Assembly (NCBI GenBank): GCA_951406725.2
Contig: OX597818.1
Span: forward strand, 93,930,001 to 93,994,000
Length of the DNA: 64,000 bases
Reading direction: 5' to 3'
Source of the DNA: Octopus vulgaris
Lineage: Eukaryota
This document shows positions 1-11,801 of the stretch, piece by piece. A model generated the notes under the pieces. It did not search any database and was not told where the DNA came from. It saw only the letters and a program-made list of their open reading frames with translations. A program made the position numbers and the translations under genes. Each line of letters begins with the position of its first letter. The stretch's first letter is position 1.

Positions 1-2
1 TA

Positions 3-1965
3 CACTAGGTAACAAATTTCAAGTATTTTGTTTTTGTTACAGACACCACTTGGTTCCTACCAAATTTCTGATGTTAATTTCAGATCTGATATCTAAATTT
101 CTTTATCACGTCCAGATTTTGTGTAACCGAAAATCCCTATTATTCATTATTTCTCATCCGCTTCTATTACGAAAGTTGTCTAAGCTACTTTTCCATACCA
201 TGTTCCATATTAAGTATACTTAAGTAAGTGAACAGGGAAGTCTTTCCTCCTTTATTCTGGCTTAAGACAGACAGCGGAATTCCGCAGGCAGAGTTGTCAC
301 CCCTGCACTCAACCATCCACCCAAAGCGCCTTAGTATTTTGTTACTACCTATTTCTTTATTACCCACAAGGGGCTAAACATAGATGGGACAAACATGGAC
401 AGACATAGGTATTAAGTCGATTCCATCGACCCCAGTGCGTAACTGGTACTTAATTTATCGACCCCGAAAGGATGAAAGGCAAAGTCGACCTCGGCGGAAT
501 TTGAACTCACAGCGTAACGACAGACGAAGTTACTACCGAAAGGCAACTTCTTCTTAATCAAAACTTTGGTGTTTCCTCTTCCTTTGCCGCTTGTAGGATG
601 ACGAGCTTTCCTTCTACAAGAAACAACATTAATTCCCCATCATATTTCCATAACTGAGATGTGTTGGTAGATGCACTCACCATGCTCGTCACTCACAGCC
701 CCAAGGTTAGCCGGGAAGAAGTCAAGTGGAGAATGTAAAAAATATATTTTCAAAGACATTTTGCATCCCATTTTTCAAGCATGTTTTCTATGAGTTCACG
801 ATGGCTTTCAGTTTTGTGGTTTCCAAGAAAAATTTTGACAGCTCCAATAGAAGATGATCATGTTCCTAGTTCATTTTCATTTAGATTCGAGGGAAACAAT
901 TGGATGTGGATAACACTGCGGATCTGTGGTCCAGTAAAAACTCCAACTTCTAGCTTAACATCTGTCAATATTCTTTAAACATTGGAAATCACTACCTTAT
1001 GAGCCATAACCATCACGAAATTTTTCATAAGGCTAAGTTTAATGTGAAGTAGTGGAATATGTACTTTCTGAGGTGTCAACAAGTGCTGGGTGTTTCATAT
1101 TTTGTTTACCAACATCATGTTCCATTCTAGATGACTAATTACGTTCTTTGTAGTGGTACATGTCATCTCTGCTGTTCCATACACACAAAAAGCACACATG
1201 CTTTGTGTCGCTGAATTGTAAACCAAGAATTAATGAAAGAACTTTCAAATCACCACAAATATTACATACATATTTCGTCCTTATATTCGATGAATCTTAG
1301 CAGTAGTTCTATTGATTCATAAGTTTCATTAATACCAGTGGCATATGCCACAGGTATTGAAGGTTTCTTCATTGTTGCTGTGCAGTAATACAGCTTTAAT
1401 GATAGCTTTGCTAGAGTCAGTGAACAGTCTCCATTCTTTTGGATCATAGCAAAAGCCAATCTTTCCCTCCAGGCCAATGACATCGTGGAAGATACAAATA
1501 TTTTCCTTCTGTGAGTAAAATGATGAAATGGTGACGGCGTAAATGCGAAAGTTTGGTGTTTGGTTGGAGAAAATTTTATTTTTGAAGTCTGGAACCGAGC
1601 AAGTCTGTTTTTTCTTTTGGTAATTCCAAATCGCTCACTAAGTCATTTAACATCTATTTATCTTAACATATGTGGTGAACTAATTGCATCTGGAACATAC
1701 ACACCATCTTTGCCTATTTCTATATCACGAGCAGAATCTTCAGATGAACTGCTGTCTTCCACAACCGCTCAACTGGAGTGTCATATAGCGACTGACAGTT
1801 GGGCCGTTACTATGATCTTGACTTAGTGTTGCCTTCTCCGGATAATTTTTATTAACCAAACTCGTTAGATTTTGTATATAGTTGGTAAACAAAAATTGCT
1901 TTAACCTTGAAAAGCATGTTTCATATAATTGGTACTAAGATGATAAAAACCAAAATTTATTTGTG
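3..1965 (-). mobile_element. Decayed DNA transposon, probably CMC/Chapaev3-like, interrupted by a SINE
   Basis: Minus-strand fragments read ...PSIPVAYATGINETYESIELLL..., ICGDLKVLSLILGLQ...CFLCVWNSR, IKLSLMKNFV, GVFTGPQIR, FLGNHK, MGCKMSLKIYFLHSPLDFFPANLGAVSDEHGE, with many stops and frameshifts. A CAC-starting terminus lies at position 3. Family assignment is from memory of the motif. Confidence 0.65.
347..530 (-). mobile_element. SINE copy (5'-truncated), same family as 46829-47059
   Basis: Reverse complement of gagttcaaattccgccgaggtcgactttgcctttcatcctttcggggtcgataaattaagtaccag...cccttgtgggta. Confidence 0.85.
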
Positions 1966-1969
1966 GTAG

Positions 1970-3620
1970 GGATCATGGTTTTGACGATAATCTGGCAGCA
2001 TTTGGGGAAGATGCACATCGTTCAGATTCAGACTGTTGATTCTTCAAGTGGGTCATTTTCTTTAGATTTTGTTAGTGGACTAGTTTCTATGTCAGCGGAG
2101 AAAACTCTATCTTAAAAAAGTGGCATAAAACGTCCTACCATCTCTATGGTCTAAACCAGAGAAAGATGCGAATTAGGCTTCAAATGCCAAAACATTGAAC
2201 AATAGCTGACCTACCGTGCCCAGTTTGAGCTGCTGGCTGACTAGAATAGATGTGACGATTGGCAAAGAGCGGTTAAGCTTGCTACTAGTCTAAAGGGTGC
2301 TACAATAGAGGTGCAGTGGAGGACAGAAGCCTTTATTCTTCACTAGTTGAAGTGTTACAAACATATGACACCATGCACCAGAATGAAGTGTACAGGACAC
2401 GATTCGGACCCGTGTAAGAGCTAGTGAGGAGTCACTACAACAACTTGCCTAGGACCCAGATAGTGTGGCACATAAGGTATACCCCACAGAAACACCTGAT
2501 CTCTTGGCTCTTCTTCTGAAAGAGCAATTTATCGATGTTCTGGGTAGTGCAGAGCTAGAAAGTTCACATTTAGGAGAGAGTGCCGGACATATGGTGAAAA
2601 GGGACATCTGAGATTTGATTGCCCTGCAAGAAAGAAGAAGAGTAAGAAGAAGGTAATGGAAGATAAAGGAAAGTCGGGAAACTACAAGGGGTGGTGTTAA
2701 AGGGTAACAGCCAGTCAAATATTCCAAAGAAACCCCACAATTGAAACGATGTGAAACGACTGTGATTGGCAGCGTACAAGTGAATAGGAGGATTGACGGC
2801 CAGAAGCGTCCCCTTGTGACTGATTCAGCCTCAGAGCAGGCTTTTGTGAGACCCGAGATTTTATATCACCCAGACCTACCAGAGTTATCTCAGCAGTTGT
2901 GTGATGTTACCGGACACTGTACTGAACTGAGGGGAAGAGTTGACGTCCGGATTGAATTTACAGGTCAAGAGGTCGTGCTTCCTGTTTACGTGATAGCAAT
3001 GGAGGATCCTTGTCTTTTGGATCTGGTCTACGTGACGTCTATGGGGTGTCAGCTAGACTTCTGCTCCATAAAGCTTTGGGTGCAAAGAAGATCAATCCCT
3101 GTTAAGGTGGTAAATCGGACCACTGCTGGTGGTGAGGTGAAAGAGTTACGGACGACAATGATCTCACCGTGGTCGGAACTACTGTTCCAGTGAAGTGTTA
3201 GTGACTTATTTGATGGCTGCTTTGGGATGGTGGAGCCCGACAAACAGTGCAAAATTAAGGCTGGAGTGATGGTGGGTTGAACCATGGTGGAGACAGGTAC
3301 TGATGAAGTGCTGGTTGTGACAGCTAATTTCTCATGGAAGTCACAGTAGATTCGGGGACTGTGGGACTGTGCCAGGCAGCAGACCAGGAGCAGTGTCGAC
3401 TGCGTGCCCGCAAAAGGAGTGTAGTCGAAGGAAGTGGGAGTCTGCCAGTGCATTTACAAGACCTGTTTGCACGGAGTTGTCACTGCTTGGATGACGCTCG
3501 GATGGTGCGGTTGAGGCTGCTACTAGCAAGGTATGCTGTGTTCTCTGCAGGAGACCTAGACCTATCAATGTCAGGAGCTAAAAGCCAGACATTAACCAAG
3601 GGATATTTCAATAAAATCTA
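1970..3620 (+). pseudogene. Remnant of a sixth paralogue of the repeat-protein family, split by a Gypsy fragment
   Basis: 1983-2204 translates with shifts to DDNLAAFGEDAHRSDS/DSSSGSFSLDF...KKWHKTSY...RIRLQMP, matching the P3 module. About 3583-3615 gives KPDINQGIFQ*, matching the P5 end MPDIKRQIFQ*. Confidence 0.8.
2205..3565 (+). mobile_element. Gypsy LTR-retrotransposon internal fragment (gag/protease), decayed
   Basis: TYRAQFELLA...AVKLATSLKGA (gag-like); degenerate aspartic protease region LVTDSASEQAFVRP...EDPCLLDL; HLQDLFARS...YAVFSAGDLDL (pre-RT). No LTRs seen. Confidence 0.75.
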
Positions 3621-3666
3621 AATTAAAATGAATAACATACATTGTATTTTGATATCTTTCATCTTT

Positions 3667-4110
3667 AAATTTCGCCGAGATCGACTCTGCCTTTTATTTT
3701 TTCGAGGTCCATAAAACAAGTACCAGTTGAGCACTGGGGTCAATCTAATCGATTTATTCTCTTCATCGAAATTGCTGGCCTTGTGCCCCGGTATTTATTA
3801 TATTTTTAAAGCCTGGTACTTATTCTATCGGTCTCTGTTATCGAATCGCTGATTTACGGGGACGTAAACACACCAAAGCCGGTTGCATGGAACAAATACA
3901 AATAAACACACACATATACTCTCTCTCTCTATGTCTCCCCCGCCACACAGACACGCACACATATACCACAGGCTTCTCCCAGTTTCATCTACCAAATCCA
4001 CTAACTAAGCTTTGATGAGCTCGTGACAATTGCCCACAGTGCTACGTAGTGAGACTGAACCCAGAACCAGGTGGTTGGGAAGCAAGCTTCTTACCACACA
4101 GACACGCCTG
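3667..4110. mobile_element. Cluster of three SINE fragments, shared with the P5 downstream flank
   Basis: Same SINE pieces in the same order at 52505-52830 and 53757-53902. Confidence 0.7.
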
Positions 4111-4495
4111 AGACTATATAATAAAATAAAAATATAAAAATATATAAAAAGAGGAATTTTGTACATTTAAGCTAAGCTACACAAGCTGGATCTTCAATTG
4201 CAAATTTACACACACTTTGAACAATAATGAAAACGATAGTTTTGTTACTTATGATTCGGTTATTCGATCTAAAAACGCAATCATATATTGGTTTATAGTT
4301 TAAACCATGACCTAAACCTTTTATTCAACCCAGACTTTAACCAACTATTCACTAAACTATAAATACTGCTGAGTTAGGTATTTAAAATCTTTACTGAACT
4401 ATAACCTGTACTAAACTATAACCAGAGCTAAATTGTACTAAAATATAATCTAAGTTAAATACCTAACTCAGCAGTATCTAACACAGACCTAAAAT

Positions 4496-4938
4496 CTGCC
4501 GCACCTTGCATGAATGTGGTCTGTATTTCTGCCGCACCTTGCATGAATGTGGTCGGTATTTCTGCCGTACGTTCCATCAATGTAGGATTTATTTCTGCCA
4601 AACGTTGCATGAATGTGGTCGGTATTTCTGCTGCACCTTGCATGAATGTAGTCGGTATTTCTGCCGCACGTTCCATTAATGTATCAACGTGGGAGGTATT
4701 TCTGCCGCACCTTGCATGAATGTGGTCGGTATTTCTGCTGCACGTTCCAACAATGTAGGATTTATTTCTGTCAAACGTTGCATGAATGATACATTAATGG
4801 GACGTGCGGCAGAAATAAATCCTACATTGATGGAACGTGCGGCAGAAATACCGACCACATTCATGCAAGATGTGGCCGAAATACCTCCCAGATTAATACA
4901 TGAATGGAACGTGCGGCAGAAATACCGACCACATTGAT
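4496..4938. repeat. 33-bp minisatellite that switches orientation (fold-back array)
   Basis: Units such as gcaccttgcatgaatgtggtcggtatttctgcc run forward 4496-4787 and as reverse complements 4788-4938. Confidence 0.9.
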
Positions 4939-5189
4939 ATAAGTAAATTATCAGTATCAGCAATAGCAACATTTGCACCAACCCCATGTCTCTACAACAT
5001 CAAATAATATGTCCATCCTTAGTGAATTGCCATTCAAATTCCTGCATTAGATTTCTCGAAAATTTACATCAGAAACGACACAGGAGACAGAAAAAGAAAA
5101 ACAGAACGAAATTACACAAGATGGAGGACTGGAAGCCGTGTGAATTTTGGAAAGGAATTAACTGTATCATAATGATTCGCGCGGGGTAA

Positions 5190-5908
5190 CAAAATACCGA
5201 CACCATGACTGCTACTGAATGTCCTGTGAATACTGTAAAAACAATAAGACGAGACATGGACGGCTGCAACGGAAACTACGAAGCCGTGGCTAACAGGAAG
5301 GGACACAGAAGGTGTTCTGACTGCGTCCGCACGCCAGAATTCATCGGAAAACCGACGAATAGAACCTTAGGCTTAATGCAAACGGCTACGTGAAGCTGAT
5401 GGAAACTGTGGTCAAACCCTGGCTGGAGAGGTTTGCTGCTGGAGAGTGTACTCGAACCATAGCTGGAGAGGGTTGCTGCTGGTAGGCCACATGTGTGACA
5501 GCAGAATTAGTGTCCTTGCTATACTCCTGGAAAGAGCCTGAGCGGTTGTCGGAAAATTTCTACAACTTCACCGACCCCAGTTTCTGCTCCCTTAGTTCCC
5601 CCGATTCTAATCCTACGGATTACTATCTGTTACGCGCGTTTGTGAAAGCCTCTAGCCGCTCTGCTTGCAATACCAAGGCCGAGCTGGTGGTCAAGATCAA
5701 GGACGTATTCGATGATCTTCCCTAGGATAAAGTGAGAAACGCATGCGCCAGGTTCCGGAGCCGTCTTAAGGCCATGGTGGAAGTTGATGGCGGTTACCTT
5801 TAGTAAATTATTTATCTCCCAGCCATTATTGGAGTTTTTTAAATACCTGTGGGTGGGCTATTGCGTTTTTACTTTTCATACAAACTGTCTAATTTAGGCT
5901 GAACACAT
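5190..5908 (+). mobile_element. Tc1/mariner-superfamily transposase remnant
   Basis: SSPDSNPTDYYLL...NTKAELVVKIKDVFDDLP resembles the C-terminal SPDLNPxDY motif; heavily deleted. Confidence 0.65.
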
Positions 5909-5965
5909 TGAACAGTGAATTGATTTGCAGTGGGAAGCGAGAAATCCAAAGTTTCGGTCACCTGT

Positions 5966-6288
5966 CTCTTCTTCTTCTTCTTCTTCTTCTTCTTCTTCTT
6001 CTTCTTCTTCTTCTTCTTCTCTTCTTCTTCTTCTTCTTCTTCTTCTTCTTCTTCTTCTTCTTCTTCTTCTTCTTCTTCTTCTTCTTCTTCTTCTTCTTCT
6101 TCTTCTTCTTCTTTCTTCTTCTTCTTCTTCTTCTTCTTCTTCTTCTTCTTCTTCTTTTTCTTCTTCCTTCTTCTTCTTCTTCTTCTTCTTCTTCTTCTTC
6201 TTCTTCTTCTTCTTCTTCTTCTTCTTCTTCTTCTTCTCTCTTCTTCTTCTTCTTCTTCTTCTTCTTCTTCTCCCCAAATTCTTCGTGT

Positions 6289-6372
<84 letters not shown>
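5966..6372. repeat. Compound microsatellite (TTC)n-(GT)n-(GA)n
   Basis: Directly visible; it explains the homopolymeric ORFs at 5894-6470. Confidence 0.98.
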
Positions 6373-8302
6373 ATTAAAATTCTGTTCGCAGAAAGGTAAT
6401 GAGAAAAGAAAGAGGCGTCAGTAACGAGAAGAGCAGTGCATTGAGAGGCGAGGAATAAAATAACAGGCACTGAAAATACAGATTTTTCTGCCGCTAGTTT
6501 TTGGTTTGCAAACCAGAAGTCTTTGTTTTTAGCTCAGAAATGATTTTTCCGTTTCTGTTTCATACCGTTACAAATCTAATAATGTTTTCGTTTAGCATTC
6601 ACATCCAGGAACTCCGTACATTTTCTTTTTCTTTCTCTTGTGTGTCTGGGTTCAATTGTTTGTAGTGGCGTTGGTATATTACCATTTTCTTTCGACGACA
6701 TCTTGTTTATTCTTTTTTCTTTGTTCTAAAAACAAAATACTTGAAATATGTTGCCTACTGTAAATTTTTGTTTAACAGTCAATTTTCTTTTTTCTGTTGG
6801 ACTGCACATCAATTTTCCCCATATTAATGTCCAATTTGATAATTTTTAATATTGAAAAAATAATTTTTAAACTGGGGCAAAATAAGTAATGACTAATTTC
6901 AATAAACTCTTCTCTTTAACTACATGGTGCAGAAATGTATCAGGAAGTGAACCAGAATGAATAAGCACCCCATATAACCTCTCATAACTTTTATTGTTTG
7001 AAATTTTCAGAAGATTTTTGCGAATTTGTATCCTACACACGGGAATCCATACGACTATGAAAATCAACGAAAACTTTTGTGTGTGTGTGTGTGTGTGTGT
7101 GATTTAAGAGCTATTTGGCTGTAATATTTAGCACATCTCAAGATCAGCTGGTACACTCCCCTTTTGCTTGTCATTCTGACGTATTGAAAAATTCGAAAAA
7201 TTGAAAGAGAATTTTTTAATAGTTGTATGAATTCCCGTGTGTAGAACACAAATCCGCAAAAAATCAAAAAAATCAAAAAGTTATGAGAGGTTATATGGAG
7301 TGCTTAAACTGGAATTCTGCCGAGAGCTACTCCAGCAGATCATGAGAAGCTATAGAGAATATTTTATGTTGAGTTATTTGATTTAGTTGGGTTTCGTTAA
7401 TTTCATATCGTGCCATTTTTCCATAATTCTCTTTCGTTTGACCTAGATATTTGAAATTTTTGCTGAATTTCTGATCTTTCTAGTGTCTAAGAGTGGAAAT
7501 TGATGAGTACGAGATTTTCTTTTCAAATGTTATTCTGAAAAATTTGAAGAGACAAATTTACCTTATCTTGTCTTATTCATTTTGCCCCATCTAAATTTGT
7601 CTTTAATATGCTGAAATAATTTTGTGAAATAGTGTTTTGAAAGTTATAGTATATTAATGCATTTAGAGAAGGTTATTTGCTTGTAAAACTACTTTTTTCC
7701 TCTAAGTCAAAAGTGTAGTCAATATTACTCATTGTACCCCACCACACTTACTGGTGGCGGAGAAAGCAGGCTTTTGGAATAGCTGTCACATACATGTTGA
7801 AATTCTCTCTTTATCTTGATAGCAAAACAACGAAGAGAGACTTTTTTAAAACAAAATGTATTAAAATCCATGTCTTTCAACTCCATATCTCTTTCCAGCA
7901 CACACACACATTCTCATCATGGCTTTGGAACAGTAACAACCACTAAAATGGTATATTTTTATTTTCATTTGGGTGGGGGGGGGGTTCTGTAATTTTTTCG
8001 TATTCTATCCCCCTTCTTCCCTCCGCCATTGTACTTATCACATTGAACATAAAAACGAACACTGCAAATGAATGTGTGAGGAAAAGAATTGAATTTTGAC
8101 ATCTGTAAAGCGACATTTTCAGTCATTTATTTAAAATTTCTCTGCTAACTCATCACATCCAATTACATCCAATAGATGGGTTTTGAGATATAGATTTTCT
8201 ATACTTCCATAACTTTAATTCTTCTGTAAGAGGGGCCCACAGAATTTCAAGTCCTCAGGCCCTCCATGGTTTAAATTCAGTCTTGGCTATGTAAAATACT
8301 GT

Positions 8303-10699
8303 TTAATTTATTCTTTTAAAGGTTTTAAGAACCGCGGGATCGGTACTCTTTGGTAAAGAACTGCGACGAGGATGAAATGAGGTGTCTGGCGCCCATGTAC
8401 GTTTTTTACCAAAAATACTGTGTACTTTATCTCGTAATTTGGTCGCTGCTTTTTTGAAGATACGACGACCCGCGCGGTTATGTGAAGAGGAGATTGGATG
8501 CCGTACATTTGATGCAATTCGTTCCAGTGAATCGCGATGTAGATATGATAGCTCTGGACTATGTAGTTGATGTGATCTAGTATCTTCCAGTGATTCTGGT
8601 GGTCGACTAGATGGTTGAAATGGCTCTACATTAATGTCATAGTCTGGTTGTTCAGTGGAGCGAAGGCGACGTGCTATTGCTTCCCATTGTGATCTAGTAA
8701 ATTTCAGATCTCCTAATTGACTATATTGCTGTGAACGTGAACGGTCATGCTTGGAATTAGATGGCTCTACATGAATGTGATAGTCTGGTACATATCGGGA
8801 ACTATGTGGTTGTTCAGTGGAGCGAAGGCGCCGTACTATTGCCTCCCATTGTGATCTAGTAAGTTTCAGATCTCCTAATTGACTGTATAGTTGTGAACGT
8901 GAACGGTCATGCTTGGAATTAGATGGCTCTACATTAATGTCATGGTCTAGTACATATCGGGAACTATGTGGTTGTTCAGTGGAGCGAAGGCGCCGTACTA
9001 TTGCTTCCCATTGTGATCTAGTAAGTTTCAGATCTCCTAATTGACTGTATAGTTGTGAACGTGAACGGTCATGCTTGGAATTAGATGGCTCTACATTAAT
9101 GTCATGGTCTAGTACATATCGGGAACTATGTGGTTGTTCAGTGGAGCGAAGGCGCCGTACTATTGCTTCCCATTGTGATCTAGTAAGTTTCAGATCTCCT
9201 AATTGACTGTATAGTTGTGAACGTGAACAGTCATGCTTGGAATTAGATGGCTCTACATGAATGTGATAGTCTGATACATATCGTGGAGGTCGTCTATCAA
9301 TTTTCAGTGCAGCTCCACGTTTGCGTAATGGTTTTACGGTATGGAAACATTCTGATATATATCGTGGATGTAGTCTCTCAATTTTCAGTGGAGCTCCACG
9401 TTTGCGTAATGGTTTTACCGGATGGAAATATTCTGATATATATCGCGGACTATGTTGTTGATGTGATCTAGTATGTTCCAGTGATTCTGATGGCCGACTA
9501 GCTGGTTGAAATGGCTCTACATTAATGTCATAGTCTGATACATATCGTGGAGGTCGTATATCAACTCTCAGTGCAGTTTTGTGTACGTGTGGTGGTCCTA
9601 CATTGTGGTGATATTCTGATACATATCGTGAAGTATGTGGTTGTGAAGTGACGTGAGAGCCCCGGTTTTTCAATGCCTTTCGTAATCCATCAATCTCGTA
9701 ATTGACTATATCCAGTGAATCTCGTAATTGACTATATTGCTGTGAACGTGAAAGGCCTTGCTTGGATTTTGGGCTTGCTGAATTATTATTATTCTGTAAA
9801 TATGAAACACTCCAACACCGAAGAGGCGCTGAAACTTTGCTTTCAGAAATTCTTCTATGAGGATAATTTGTTTTTCTTTCAGATCTGTAATATGACATGT
9901 CTACCACCGAAAGTCTGTATTCACATGACGACATACGGTGAGGATATGGTTTTGGTATACTGAGGTGTTGTTCGTGTGTTGTGAAATTTTGGCATTCCTC
10001 AAATGGTCTTCTAGTTGACGAAATTCCATCATTATTTTCTGGTTGTTCCTGCCTTGAACGTTTAGGAATATAGAACGAGCATGTTAAATTTGTCTTACTA
10101 TTTTGAATCCTTTCCGTGGCTGTATTAATGCGATGTGGGTTTATTCTTGATATGGAAGATATTTTTCCTCCTTTGATTATGTATTTTTTGTTCGTTGCAA
10201 AATTTTCCTCGTCTTCTTTTGGTGAAAAGTTATCTAATTCTGCGCTTCTCTTGTTCAATTTTACTGGATGTTTGTCACGGCAGACATCCTTTTCTCCATT
10301 CAGTGTCTTACACTCCAATTTGTTGTTTACATACATGTTCTTATCGTCTGCTACTTCACATACACATCTCTTAGTTTTCTCGTCTTTTGAATAGTCATGT
10401 TTTGCTGTTTCATCATCATCATTTAACTGGTTATTGTTTTGATCTTCCATAACATCTATTTGAATCGTTTCCATCACATCACCAATATGATTCTCAGTAT
10501 TATTTTCACGATCGTCGTCTCGAGAATCAATGTGTCCAGTATTTTCTTCTGTAAAATCCTCGCCTTCATTCAGTTCTGTAGTTTTGTGTAATCCCTCATA
10601 TAGAACATCTGGATATTGCGAATGGTTAGCCAATTTTTCGGTTTCGGAACAGAGGTTCTTATAACACTTCGAAAAAACATAACTCTCTGTGGTATTCAT
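8303..10699 (-). CDS. P1: intronless uncharacterised Ser/Arg/His-rich repeat protein, about 798 aa (ORF track extends to 10801)
   Basis: Long open frame; acidic N-terminus shared with P2, P4 and P5; four 54-aa (162-bp) repeats and two 27-aa repeats. Start placed at the MNTTE ATG conserved between paralogues. Confidence 0.8.
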   Translation of the reverse strand: MNTTESYVFSKCYKNLCSETEKLANHSQYPDVLYEGLHKTTELNEGEDFTEENTGHIDSRDDDRENNTENHIGDVMETIQIDVMEDQNNNQLNDDDETAKHDYSKDEKTKRCVCEVADDKNMYVNNKLECKTLNGEKDVCRDKHPVKLNKRSAELDNFSPKEDEENFATNKKYIIKGGKISSISRINPHRINTATERIQNSKTNLTCSFYIPKRSRQEQPENNDGISSTRRPFEECQNFTTHEQHLSIPKPYPHRMSSCEYRLSVVDMSYYRSERKTNYPHRRISESKVSAPLRCWSVSYLQNNNNSASPKSKQGLSRSQQYSQLRDSLDIVNYEIDGLRKALKNRGSHVTSQPHTSRYVSEYHHNVGPPHVHKTALRVDIRPPRYVSDYDINVEPFQPASRPSESLEHTRSHQQHSPRYISEYFHPVKPLRKRGAPLKIERLHPRYISECFHTVKPLRKRGAALKIDRRPPRYVSDYHIHVEPSNSKHDCSRSQLYSQLGDLKLTRSQWEAIVRRLRSTEQPHSSRYVLDHDINVEPSNSKHDRSRSQLYSQLGDLKLTRSQWEAIVRRLRSTEQPHSSRYVLDHDINVEPSNSKHDRSRSQLYSQLGDLKLTRSQWEAIVRRLRSTEQPHSSRYVPDYHIHVEPSNSKHDRSRSQQYSQLGDLKFTRSQWEAIARRLRSTEQPDYDINVEPFQPSSRPPESLEDTRSHQLHSPELSYLHRDSLERIASNVRHPISSSHNRAGRRIFKKAATKLRDKVHSIFGKKRTWAPDTSFHPRRSSLPKSTDPAVLKTFKRIN

Positions 10700-10773
10700 T
10701 CTGGTCACCTCAAATTGACTCTCAATGCAGAGAAATGAAACTAAATGGTTTAATAATGATTTCCTTTCAACTA

Positions 10774-10781
10774 TGACGTCA
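10774..10781. promoter_or_regulatory. Full CRE palindrome upstream of P1
   Basis: TGACGTCA, 75 bp from the ATG at 10699; same position in all paralogues. Confidence 0.65.
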
Positions 10782-10810
10782 TCAATGAATGTGACAGTCA
10801 TTTTGGCATC

Positions 10811-11801
<991 letters not shown>

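Noticed and set aside
4455-4987. Short ORFs with 11-aa repeats, or a CRISPR-like array
   Set aside because: Contiguous 33-bp units without unique spacers, no cas genes, eukaryotic context; the ORFs are by-products of the repeat.
5894-6470. Poly-K/E/R and poly-L/F/S ORFs
   Set aside because: Translations of (TTC)n, (GT)n and (GA)n microsatellites.
10700-10801. N-terminal extension MTVTFIDDV... of P1 (and the equivalent in P3)
   Set aside because: The homologous segment is closed or out of frame in P2, P4 and P5 and contains the CRE; more likely non-coding, though not excluded.
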